Assembly (NCBI RefSeq): GCF_018350175.1
Contig: NC_058368.1
Location: 238,392,001-238,456,000 of the forward strand
Direction of reading: 5' to 3'
DNA from: Felis catus
Taxonomy: Eukaryota
DNA: 64,000 bases
A program made the position numbers and the translations under genes. Shown one piece after another: positions 25,963-37,934 of the stretch. The notes under the pieces were generated by a model, which saw only the letters and a list, made by a program, of their open reading frames with translations, searched no databases and was not told where the DNA came from. Each line of letters starts with the position of its first letter. Position 1 is the stretch's first letter.

Positions 25963-27034
25963 TCTGGCTGGCCACCAGCACCTGTCACACAGTGACCATC
26001 GCCTCAGTGTCCCCTGGTGGCACCAACCGGTTGTGCTGTCAGCAGCAACACCTGCGCGAGCGGCTCCCGGGGAGCTGGGCCCGCCAGCTGCACACACAGG
26101 CTCCCTGAGCTGTCACCCGTAGCGCCTTGTCGCGCAGCTTCGTGGGAGAGGACGGTTGTTCGCAGAACCCCAGGTGCACCTGGCCTCCGCCACAGCCGCT
26201 GGGCCCCGGGGCCCTGTGTTCAGCCTCATGGCCACGGTGCCGAGCTGTGGTCTCCCACGTTCGCGTTCTCGTTCGTCTGTGTGTCCAGCAGCCTCCAGGA
26301 GGGGCGTGTGTGGCCTGCGGGCTGATGGGGTGCTCGCCGTGTGTGAGCGTCATTCCCCGAGACTTTCTAAGCCGCTGGGTGGAACTAAGTGCAGGGTAGG
26401 ACCGTGTGTCACCGTGTGCGGCCGGCAGGTGCCTCCGCGTGTGTCTCCTGTCTTCTCAAATCACACGGAGGGTGCGTCTTTCTCTAGTGCATTTGGGAAC
26501 ACGTTCTCGTGTCCTTTGGATGGTGGTGATTATCCTTTCTGCAGTTGAAGCACGCTGGCCCTGGAACCCGTTCTCCCTGCAACCTGCCCTCCCCCCGATA
26601 GCAGCTTGCACCGCGGGCTGGGGTCCCTCGGTGTGCGCTGGGGGCGCACGGTATCTCGGTGCCTAGCCAGCCTGTGCACGCCCTGCGAGGACACGTGTCA
26701 CTGCAGTGACCTGGCCTGCCACAGGGCGGCACAGGTGGAGACACCGGGGACCCTTCCTCGTGTGCACCCGAGGTCTTTGTCTCTCGTGCACCCTGTCGGC
26801 GGTTCTGTGTTGATTGTGAAACACAAGGTGCTTGGACCAGCTTGCGTGACGAATGCGTCGGCGGTCCTGGTGGCCTTCATGGCCTTGGCAGAGAGGAGGG
26901 AGTGGCTGCAGGTGAGCCTGAGCGGGGGTGTTGTGACCACAGCTCCAGAACACGGGTCCGGTGAGCTCACTGAGAATCGGGGAACGTTTTACATTAGAAC
27001 CGTCTTCCTCCGGGAGGTTTGAGACGGACGCCAG

Positions 27035-27404
27035 CGAGTGTGCTCGGGTGCTGACCCCACAGACCTGCAGCTTTAAGAGCAGGCATTTATCTGTCCCGGT
27101 CCTGGGAGCTGGGAGCCCGAGACCCAGGCGTGAGCAGAGTGGGTTCCTCCTGAGGCCTCTCTCCTTGGCGTGGAGGTGCCGTGACTTCCATGAGTCCTCA
27201 CCGGCCGTCCCTCTGTGCGTGTCTGTAACCTAGTCTCCTCTTCGTGTAAGGACACCTGTCCTATGGAATTAGGGTCTGCTCTGGTGACCTGATTGTACCT
27301 TAATGCCCTTTCCAAGGCCCTGTCTTCAGCACGGGCACGTCGGGAGGCGGGCTGGGGGTTGTGGCATCAGTTCTTAAGGGGGCCCCATGGTTCAGCCCCT
27401 AACA
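27035..27404 (-). mobile_element. MaLR solo LTR (MLT1B/C-like)
   Basis: Resembles recalled MLT1 consensus: tcttcgtgtaaggacacc...attagggtc...ttcagcccctaaca end. Confidence 0.75.
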
Positions 27405-30400
27405 CTGAAGCAGAGAAAACGTAGTGAGCCCCGTGCCCACCCTCGCCCACCTCAGCAGTCGCCAACTTCCGGCCACTCTGGTCTCGCCGACGCCCGCTCT
27501 CTCCCCGGTCTCACTGATCCGCAAGCAAAGCCCAGACTTGACCTGTAGATGCTCCCGGGTGCGCATGTGTCTCGAGCAGGGCCGCGGGCGTCAACCCCGG
27601 AGCCTCACACACGTCCTCCCCTGGAGCCTCCTTCCAGCTCCTTGCTTTTATTTTCTTACGGTGTGTTTGGGGCTTTTGTCCCTGAGCGTCTTGCTCTGCG
27701 TTTTGCCGATCGCCCCCCGCCCCCCCCGTGTCTCCCGTGTCTTCTGATCCAGAATCAGGAGGCTCTGTTTCTGTTGGCTTGTCACGTGGTTCATCCACAC
27801 GGCGCCCGGCTCACATGTCTGTCTCTGTCCACACAGGCCCCTTCACATGGGTGTGTGCGAGTGGTGAGGTTCCAGAAGCCCGTGGGGACACTCCCGGGTT
27901 CTCCCCGTGGCTGTCCCAAGGGACAGTCTCGGGATGGACAGCACGATGCCTGATTCTTCGTCCTTGTTGGCCCGGGTGCCACTCGGAGCTGGTCTCCTGG
28001 GGTCCGTGGAGGCCCCCAGTGAGGTGGGGCATGTGCGCCTGGTTGATGGACTCGTGAGCACGTGTGAAGTTCCGTTACCTCATCGATGGCTCTTACCGTG
28101 GTCACAGTGGCATGTCTGCCGCGGGGGCTCCCGGGCCCAGGGACCTCTGCCTACCTTCCCCATCTCCGCTGTGTCGCTGGGTTCCAGGTACCCCTTCCAC
28201 GTTTTCTGCCCCTGCTGGGAGTGCCTTTGCCCAGGAGCCCTGGTTCCGTCTGGCAGGAAATAGTGCTGGGAGCCTGCAGGCGGCTGTGAGGGTCTCCTTG
28301 CGCCTGGGTCTGCTCCAGCGGGGACTCCAGACAGAGCATACCGGTCCGGAACAGCTGCTCTGTGATTCAGGGCAACCGTGAACCTGGAGGGCAGCGTCTG
28401 TTCCTGGGGACCCCTTTCCGATGGGACCGTGTATCTAAGCCAGCTTCCAAGGAGCGTGAACCGACTCAGCCAGGGACTGTCACCGCGGGGCCCCCTGGGA
28501 CTGGGTTATAAACCCTCAGCTCATGGGAGGACCGGCCTGGCACTTTTGAGGGTGACTGGGGCTCCTGACAGGGACAGGCCGCAGCCCTCTGAGCATCTTG
28601 GAGGGGACGCGGGTCCCGTGTTAGCAGCCTTTTCCTGCTTGGTCAGCAGCGTTCCTCCCCGTGTGCCACTGCTGCCCCTGGCCCCCGCCCTGTGCCATTG
28701 CCGGGGGCAAGGCTAGCATTCTCTCCCTGAGGCCCCGCTGACCCCGCCCTCTGGCCCAGGGCCGCCCTGAGGGGGGCTCCGGTGGGAGCGGGCACGCCCC
28801 ATCCAGGGAGTCCAGCACAGAGCTGGGTCTTACTCAGATTGTGGGGAGCGGAGACCCGCTCTCTCCCCGGGGCCCCCCTCTGCCTCCTGGCGCACTCCCA
28901 CTGGGGAATGGGACGCCCCCCGCTGGCTCCCGGAAGGAAATACCGTGTCCAGCCTAGTTGCTAATTACAGTGCCTCCCTAACGTTGAGCCGGAACTGCCT
29001 GGAAACAGCCCAGTTGGCCCCTTTCGTCTGCTTGTGGCCCTGTTTGTTTTCCAGTCCAGCCAGGACGTTCTGAGCACGCGTTTCCTCAGCCCCAGCACAC
29101 TTGAGAACGTCCGTGTGGCTGACACGGCTGCCCTGCTTGTGGTCCTGTGGCTGGAAACTCTGAGTGTGCTCCGACAGGCTGGGCACAGGGCGTGGTGGAC
29201 AGCGAGGGCACCGGGAGGTGGCCGGGCCTGGGAAGGACGCAGGTGGGCCAGAAGATGCAAGGGGACAGGAGGGCCCAACCAGCCGGTAGCCTGGAATTCA
29301 GGAGGAGTGGCCGTAGCCCACAGAACGTTCTGGAAGAGGCTGCAGGAAGCCTTCCGAGTCCTGCCCCTTCTGGGGACCGTTTGCCTCTCCGGGTCAGGGC
29401 TGAGCCCAGTGGACAGCACGTGGGCCCAGCGCTGGGGCAAGGTCAAGGCAGGGTCCTGGGGTCCTGGGGAGCAGCCCGGGAAACACACGGGGTCTTAGCC
29501 CAGGTGGCCGGGGCCCTCCTGCACCCCATGGGCCCCCCGAAGGTGCTCGCCTTCCCCAAGTCGCTCACGTGGCCCTTGTAAACCCGTGTCCACCTTCTCC
29601 CCGTCCTTCAGGCCCAGCCAGGCGGTCACTGCAGGCCTGTGACGCTCACTCACCACACTGTGCACGAGCCCCGTCTGTGAGCTGAGCACCCCGGCCCGTG
29701 CTGGGCACTCACACGCCCCCTCCCCGCTCGCCGTGAAACTCGGAAACCAGGTGGTGTTCTCGGGATTCGTGTAAGAGGTGCGTGAATTGTCGTCACAGTC
29801 AGTTGTGGTCACTCACGTGTTGTGTCCCGGGTCCAACAGCTGCTGGCCACCCACGGGAACACATGTCATTAACAACGTGAGGAGCGACACACGTGCCCTG
29901 ACTCGGGGCACCGGGCGGGCCCGGGTCATCCCTGGAGGGAGCGGGGCGCCGCCCCCCAGGGGCCCCTCGCCTCCCCGTCCCCGTCTGTGGTTCTCAGAGG
30001 TATGGGGCGGGGCTGGTGCTCCCACGCCCTCCAGGAACCCGTGTGGTTCCATCTTTGTCGACCCAGAGCGGGGGGTAGGCCTGATGGCGGGCGAACAGCA
30101 TCGCGGCTGCACCCTCGCACTGTGAACACTTCCTGGCGGGCTCTGTTCACGTGCTTTGCTGCCCGGTCGTCCCTCGGCCCGTCCCGCGCGGGCCTCGGGT
30201 GTAAAGGCCGTCCGGGGCGCCCGCAGCCAGCCGTCCGGAACTTACCGTGGGGCTGGAGAAAGCTGGGCGTTCTCAGTGTGGCAGCGGGAAACGGGGCGCT
30301 TCCGAAAATACCGCTCTGTGCTTTCACCTCAAGAAGTTAAGAGGGGCGTTAGAGTCCGAGTAAGAGCGGGGTGCCTGTAGGAGCTAAAATTCATACGACC

Positions 30401-30894
30401 GACCGACTGGCCCCGGGGACGGTAAACCCATCCAAAACTGGTTCAGTAAACAGGCTGATAGAGTAGAAAAATACCGGTCAGTGTAGGCCGAAAAGTTGCA
30501 GAGGGCACGAACAATGCCGATTACACGGCAGGGTGACGAGAGGCACGGGAGAGTGCCACGGGCAGCTTCTCGGTTCTCTTGCAGACGCGTGCGGGGTGGG
30601 AGATTGGTTAGGGGAGGAAAAACCTGCCGGGGACTCCCAGAGAGGATTTTCTCAGTGGCAGAAGCACTGAAGGATCCCAGGAAGTGGGACACCTGGGTAA
30701 GCGATGAAAATAAAATTAGAACAGCGCTTGTGTGTGCATCGCCGTGGAAACTCCCCCGAGCGGCAGCTCGCTGGTGTGCGGGGGGGGGGCCACGCCACGG
30801 GATCCGCCGGAGGGAAGCTGTGGGTCAGGCCTGCCCCCGACTCGACCCAGAGACGCATCGGTGAGCAGACTCAGCAGTTCCTTAAAAAAATCCC

Positions 30895-31037
30895 CGACTC
30901 TTGGTTTCGGCTCAGGTCACGGTCTCACGGTTTGTGGGGTCGAGCCCGGGGAGCCTGCTTGGGGTTCTCTCTCCCTCTCTCTGCCCCCCCTTGCTTCTGC
31001 TCTCTATCTCTCAAAATAAATAAACATTAAAAAAAAG
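30895..31037 (+). mobile_element. 5'-truncated, internally shortened CAN-SINE
   Basis: cgactcttggtttcggctcaggtcacggtctcacgg...ctctcaaaataaataaacattaaaaaa. Confidence 0.85.
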
Positions 31038-32270
31038 AAACCCCAGCGCTGTGACCAAGGTTCTCATGTCTCAAAGCAGCATGTGGTGGACACGGGCTGA
31101 GCAAACAAACACCAGACGCAGGAAGGACAGCAGGTCGCGTTCACCCATTCGTGACGTGGAACAAACCCAACTCCCAGAAACCCAGGGGCGGGAAGGTACT
31201 TTTTTGTCAGCAAAGCACATCTGCCACAGCCCAGAGCAAGCCCGCACTTGATGGGAAACGTCGTCACCAGCATCAACCACAGGACAGCAGATGTGATGTC
31301 TGTGCTACGTTCACTTCCTCACCTTGTGGGGCCACTAGACAGTTTAAACTCACACACACGGCTTGTCTCCCACCTGCTGGGCGGTGCTGCTCCTGACAGG
31401 GGACCCGGGAGCGCCTGCAGAGAAACCGCGGGGCCGTCCGGTGCGGGTAACGGACGAGCAGGGGGGCGGCCGTGGGCCCTGCAGCCGGTCGGCCGGGAGC
31501 TGGGAGACGTCGCTGTGCACTTTCTCCTGGCCTGTCTTTTCTGTCCTCCCTGCGCCGAAACCTACACGTTCGAAGCGTGTGTTACTGCAAATAATTGTAA
31601 GTTGCATCTGTTGATCATCAATCCTTTGTAAGTTTAAGCTTTGCCATCCGTCCCCTGCCCTGTTTCCTCTCTGATTGCTGAGATGCTGGCCCTCTGAGAC
31701 CGCGAGGCTCCTGAGCGTGTGTCCCCAGGCGTGTGCCCCCAGGCGGGAACCACAGCCTGGTTCTGTGCGCACGGGCGCCTGGTTTTAGGAATGGCCATCT
31801 GTCCACCGTGTTCCTGCCCTGACCCCTCTGGTGAACCATGTGTCCATCCCCACGGAGCCCCTCCCGTGGTGTCACCCCGACCAGACTGCCCGTTGGGAGG
31901 TGGGCTGGCTGTGCCCCGTTCTCTGCTGGGCTCCCGCCCGTGATGTCCTGGGGCTGGAGAGTCACGGGCGTCCCCAGTGCTCCCTGAGCTCCCGCATCCG
32001 CCTCACCGCGGGGAACCTCAGCGCTGCAGAGGCGTCCCCGGGTTGTGCTGGGGCTCAGGCGTGTGCCGGGGCGGGCCCCAGAGGGGCTCAGGTGCGGGAC
32101 TGTGGGTGCCGGGGTTGGGGGATGGCGGTGCAGCCCAGAGCCTCGGCAGGACGTCCTGGCCACTCGCCGCCACGTGTGAGGGCAGGCGTGGCGTTTCCAC
32201 GCCAGCTCCGGGGCTGGCTGCCCGTGCGGAGTCCGCCGATTCCGGAATGACCTCGCCTCTGTCTTCCCAG

Positions 32271-32413
32271 ATGGCCTTCATGACGCTGACACTCTTCCCC
32301 ATCCGGCTGCTGCTCGTCCTGATCGCGATGCTGCTCGCCTGGCCCTTCACGTTCTTCACCACGCTGGGGTCCTCGGAGAGGGAGCCCGAGCCGTCCCCGG
32401 CCTCGTGGCGGAA
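32271..32413 (+). CDS. LPCAT1: LPCAT1 exon 2 (hydrophobic membrane segment MAFMTLTLFPIRLLLVLIAMLLAWPF...WRK)
   Basis: Acceptor tcttcccag|ATG, donor AA|gtaagt, 143 nt. Confidence 0.97.
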
Positions 32414-34284
32414 GTAAGTCACCCGTCTGCAGGGCCACCGCGTGCCCCGGCCCCTCCGGCCTTCCTCCCCCGCCTGGGCCTGGAGCACGCCAGGCTGCCC
32501 TCTCCCGGCCGGGACATATGCCCCCTTCCCCTCGGGGAGTGGCCGGTTCCGCCCCTGCCGTGCCCCCGCCGCACCCCTGCCCTGAGGGGGTCCTTTGGGG
32601 CCAGGCTGCTGTTGGCGTGTCCTCAGCACAGAGATTCCCCGCTGGTTTCCGTGTCCCCAGCCCTGCGAGGCTGTGTGTCGGCCAGCGTCTGTCCTTCTCG
32701 CTGGTCTGGTCTCCGCAGGGTCCAGCGACCCTCCCTGCTTCGTACACCTGGAAGGTCCCTTGCGTTTGCTCACCAGATACTGACAAAGGAGAGCCGTCTG
32801 TAGACGTCTCAGCCAGAGACCCAACGTGGACCGCAGGAAGTTAAATGAAATCACAGTATTGTCTTGTTTCTTCCTAAAGCTGTTCGCAGAGTATACGCAT
32901 TAGTAAATGAAGGTGGCGGGTGTCGGGAGGACTTCGAGAAGTATTTCCAGCGCCCTGGAAGTTGTCGTCTCTGTCGTAAACCCGGAGACTTCCCCGCTGT
33001 CCACACCCTAACGCCTCTCGGCAGCCATCCGGGGCCCTTGAACGGTCTGTTCAGAAAGAGTTACCACTAGGCCCGCACAGGGGTCAGCAGAAAGGTGCAC
33101 ACGCCACGTCCAGCTGCACTCGGTTTACCAACAGCTCTGCTGGAGCCCAGCCACACCCGCTGACCCGCGTACCGCCCAGGAGGGTGGAGCCGCCAGGGCA
33201 GACGGAGCCCAGGGCATTCGCTCCTGGGCCTTAAGGGGTTTGAGGGACAGGCTCGACTTCCTGCACCGGGAGCGTGTCTGCTCTCTGCTCTGCAGGAACA
33301 CCGTGCCCACGGCCGGCAGGCGGGAGCTGGCGGGTCCTCGGTGCCCGTGGTCCCGACACGCACCTGTCGTGCTCACACAGGGCACTGACATGCGGGGCAA
33401 AGACGGCCAGTTTCGAGTCAAGCGTTTGCTGAGCCAGTGATGAGTAAGGCGTGGCCGTGCTTGGGGACGGTCCAGGTGCCTGGGGGACCCCTCACACAGG
33501 GTCTTTGTGTGCACCCCCTGCCGTGTTTCACGTTCTTGGACCATCATCGGTACCAAGTGAGCCACAGTCTGTCTCCCTCCCAGAGGTCCCAAAGGCAGGC
33601 CGTGACCTGTTCCCATTCTGTCCCCAGCACAGCCCCTGGCCCGGGGACGCCAGGAAGCAGGTCCCGAGGGAGGGACAGCTGCTTGGCATTCCTGTCCACT
33701 GTGGTCACCTGGGTGCACTGGGGTCATCACTGGCTCTGGGGTCCTTGTTCTGACTTTTTGGGTTTCTTAATTCTCTTTGAAGAGCTTACTTAACCTGGAG
33801 GGTGTTTTTCAATGTTTTAGCCCTAAAATAGGGATTTAGTGTCAAATGTGTAATCAAACAAAATCTAGACCAAATAGAAATCAGAATTTCAGTGCCGCTA
33901 GGTTGAGAATCCATAGCTAGAAAGCAGAGTTTTTTGTAGTTTTTGACAAACTACAAGTGATTTGACTAAAAATTTGAGGTTTGAGTCGTGATAGGTTAAC
34001 ACGACTTCCCGGCATTTTTGTCTTAATTCCTTCCTTCTTCCGCTCTGTCCCTGGGCTGGGATCCCCTCCTCTGTCCACACACACAGTGCAGATTCTGTCT
34101 TTTCAAAGTGCGGGACTCCGGGCTGCTCTCCATTCCCCGTGCCCACCCCGTGCAGCTCCACGTGGCTCCTTCGGTGACAGATGGGCCACTGCCTCCCAGG
34201 TGCCTCGTGTGCCCAGAGCATGCCTGAGAAGTGTCCTCGGCAGCGAGAAATAGAGGTGTCTGTGTCCGTGGAGACCACACGTCA

Positions 34285-34910
34285 CTGTGCACACATGTAT
34301 GAGTGTGTATACGTTTATGTGTGTGCGACCATGAGTACATGCCTGTGTGGGAGTGCAAGCATGTGTGTGCGTGTGTCCAAGCGTGTGCACGTGCATATGT
34401 GTACCTATATGTGAGCACGTGTGTATGTGTGTACAAGCATGTGTGTGTATAAGCATGTGCGTGTGCATATATGTATGAATGTATATGTGTGTGTGAGCAC
34501 ATGCATACATGTGTGGGCATGTGAGTGTGCATGTGTTGTGCGTGAGCATTTGTGTGTATGTACATGCACGTGCAGGATGTGTATGTGTGCACACGTGTAT
34601 ATGCATGTGTGGGTGTGTACATGAGTGAGTGTGTGTATGTATATGTGTGTACAAGCATATGCGTGTGTATATACGTGTGAATGTATATGCATGTGTGCAA
34701 ATGTGTGCACGTGTATATGCACATGTGGGTGTGTGCACGAGTGTGCATGCGCATGTGTGTACAAGCATGTGCATGCGTATGTGTGTGCACATGTGCAAGC
34801 ATGTGCATGTATACATGCATGTATAGGTATGTGAGTGTGTATGTGTGCATGTGTATTTGTATACAAGCACGTGCCTGTGTATATATGTGAATGCATGTGT
34901 ATATGCAAAT

Positions 34911-34941
<31 letters not shown>

Positions 34942-34945
34942 CGAG
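34285..34945. repeat. Degenerate alternating purine-pyrimidine (TG/CA/TA) tract ending (TG)n(CG)n
   Basis: Seen directly, about 660 bp. Confidence 0.95.
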
Positions 34946-37694
34946 CGAGCCATGCACAGCCCTGCGCTGGGTCTGGTGCTGGAGGGAAAACACGAGTACC
35001 ATCAACACTGAACTCCTTAAAGGAGAAGGTGGAGACAAGGTGCCTGATCCAGGGACTCAGGAGTTAGGAGGAAACGGATTAGCGCACACGGGCCTGTGCG
35101 GAAGAGTCGTGGGGTCGGCCGGGAGGTGTGCAGTTTCACACCTTGCAGAGTCGTGCGGGTCTGAGCGGGCTGATGCTCCTCCGTCGGGGAGGGTCTTTGC
35201 CGAATGTAAGATCCTGCCATTCGGACTTGCTAAAGGGAAAGCCTTGGGCCTCCAGGGAAGGGAGGAATGAACAGTCTCACAACACACTTACTTCCAACCA
35301 CAGTCGTGTAAACAACCAGCACATCTTCTCGCAAAACCCGACCAGCGGGCCAGTGGTGGAGGATGGTCCTCGGCGTTGCCTCTTGGGCCCACTCACGAGG
35401 TTAGGAAGGGCCGGTGGTAGTCCCCTTGGGCCACCGCAGCCACGTGCCACAGGCTGGGGAACAGCGCGAGGTTGCGGGGGCTGGAATCGGGCAGATCCGG
35501 CTCCTGGCCTGCGCACGTGCTCTCTCGAGGTCCTCACCTGGCGGGCAGCTCCGGTCTGTCTCTCACGGGACACCTGTCCCATTGCGCCACAGCCCCGCTC
35601 TTAGGGCCCCATCGAACCTCATTTCCAGTGACAGACTCTCGTTCGCCTGTTGCTAATGGGATGCTGAGCCCGAGCATAGCCTGCACTTCTGCCCCCTCGT
35701 GTCCACGCTGCGATGATGCTCTCCTCCTGGGGGTCCCCGAGCCCCCGGCCCCCCCTCACACGTTCCTCTTCTGCTGGGTGCAGCGACTTTCTGCAGGTTT
35801 GGGCATCGTCTGTCTCCTCAGCCTGGTTTGGGGTTTTTTTTTTTTCCCTTGTTTTTTTCCTCCCAAGATTTTGTGGAGCGTCGGGGTTTTTTCTCAGAGG
35901 ACAAGCAGGAGAAACAGGTGCGTTTCATGTCCGGGAGTCTTTGTTTTCCCCTCGGTGTTGACGGGTAGCTTGTCAGGGCGCAGACGACGGGTTCCAGACC
36001 TTCCGTCCCGGGGCCGCGAAGATGTGAGTGTGCTGTGGTGCCCGGGTCGCCCATCTGCTCTTCTGGAAGTTTTGGTATCTTCTGTCCGTCCTTGGGAATT
36101 TGAAAAATTCCCGAAGGAAGTTGTAGGAGTCTCTGGTTTCGTGTTAAACTTTTCGTGTCCGAAGTGCCGTCCTTTCTTCCCTGCCTGTTCCCGGGGGAAT
36201 CCTGCTCACTCCTCAGCTTCCCGGGGAACTGGCTGCTTCTGCAGCGAGAGACTGGATTGGCCAGACTGTTGCCTCGTCCTCGGCTCCTTTCACAGCGCCC
36301 CGTTCCGGATTCTAACAGCTCGAGGACGGTGTGGACCGCAGCCTCTCCCCTGGTCGGTCTCTTCTCCATCACGGGGCTGGTTGTGCTCACGTCTCGGGTT
36401 CTCGGGCTCCCACCTGGGCGATGCAGCAAGAATGCCCTTGTGCGTGTAGGTCTGTGTCCTGCCTCTCTCTTCCCAGGAAACGCTCCGGGCACCTCAGGCT
36501 TGTCGTTGCTGCCTGAGCCTGGCCGGGAGGCGTCGGGCCAGGAGGCCTGCTCCACGTCCGCAGGCCGGCTCTTCCCAGCGGGCGGTGTCCTGGGGATGGC
36601 ATTCCCCGAGACCTCAGAGAATCGTCAGGGGTGGTGCATCCGCCCGCCCCCGCTCCCCCCGCCCGCTTCTGCTTAGTGCCCTTTGGCCTGTTGGCCTGAG
36701 GGGTGGTGGGTGCGTGTCCAACAGAAACATCAGGATTTGGTCCCCACTTCCCACCAGCCCCCTCTCCTGCACCCGGCTTCCCGGGACTGGCTCCCCTTGC
36801 ACCACAGCCTGCCTGGCGCCCCCTTCCTCACGCAACAGCAGGTGTCAGCTGGCTTTCATTCTTGCACGTGTTCCTGTTAGGAAAAGTAGCAGACGCGCAC
36901 ACAAACGCGCTTAGCGATGTGCGCTTGGACACGTAAGCAAGTGATCACACCCGGTTGTGGCGATGTGGGGATGTGTGAGCCTGGCCCCCAGCAGGTGTAC
37001 AACCACACCGGGGTTGTTCATCCCCTGCAGGCGACGGCGGCTCAAGGCGGCCCCGTAAGGGACTGCTGCTCAGAGCCGTCGGGCCTCGTCTTCCAGAACT
37101 CTCTTGAGGGGATCAGTCCCATGAGATTTCCGGCTCTTTTCTGTCGCTCAGTCCTGTCATCGTCCACCTGATCTCATCTAGAAAAAGCTTAACAGCGTGG
37201 CATCTGGTCCTGGGACCACGGGCAGCCTGAGGGAGGTGGGACCGTGGTTTCTCACCACAGGCCTCTGCTCCTGGTCTCGGCCTGACTTCACTCCTGATTT
37301 TACTTGCATTTTGGATGTTTTAGCGGGCTGATGTTTCTTTAAAACCTCCGTGCTCAGGATGCGAATCCGTCACCTTCCAATGCTTGCGGCCCCGGAGTCT
37401 GTGAGGTCGGGGCTCTGTGTGTCTTTACGCTGCTGTGGAGCGTGGCACAGCCACTTCCGTTTTCCTAACAGAGTCACAATGTTGCACGTCTACACAGAGG
37501 GACGAAAGCACACCACCTGTTTTCTTCCCTCCTCCGCCCGGTGCACGTTTCGGATCAGGCTGGACGGCACCCTGGATGGCCTGACAGGTCAGGTCCGTGT
37601 GCACGGGGCCGGCCTCAGGCTCACAAGCCGTGACGGAGCCGACCTGCGACCCCCCTGCCCTGCCTCGGTTTGACCACGGCACCTTCTTTTGCAG

Positions 37695-37909
37695 GGTCGT
37701 GGACGTCCTGCTCAAGGCCATCATGCGCACCATGTGGTTTGCCGGAGGCTTCCACTGGGTGGTGGTGAAGGGGCAGCAGGCCCCACCCTCTGAGGCTGCC
37801 ATCCTCACTCTGGCGCCCCATTCCTCCTACTTCGACGCCATCGCTGTCACCATGACGATGTCCTCCATCGTGATGAAGGCGGAGAGCAGGAACATCCCAA
37901 TATGGGGAA
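37695..37909 (+). CDS. LPCAT1: LPCAT1 exon 3 (acyltransferase motif 1, HSSYFD)
   Basis: ttttgcag|G GTC GTG GAC...ATA TGG GGA A|gtgagt, 215 nt. Confidence 0.98.
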
Positions 37910-37934
37910 GTGAGTGAGCTCCCCGTCCCCAGGT

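Noticed and set aside
34023..35038. His/Thr- and Cys/Val-rich ORFs
   Set aside because: Translations of the TG/CA low-complexity tract
35550..36500. 325-aa ORF in a T-rich intron 2 segment
   Set aside because: No recognisable protein; the region looks like decayed antisense L1, too degraded to call with confidence
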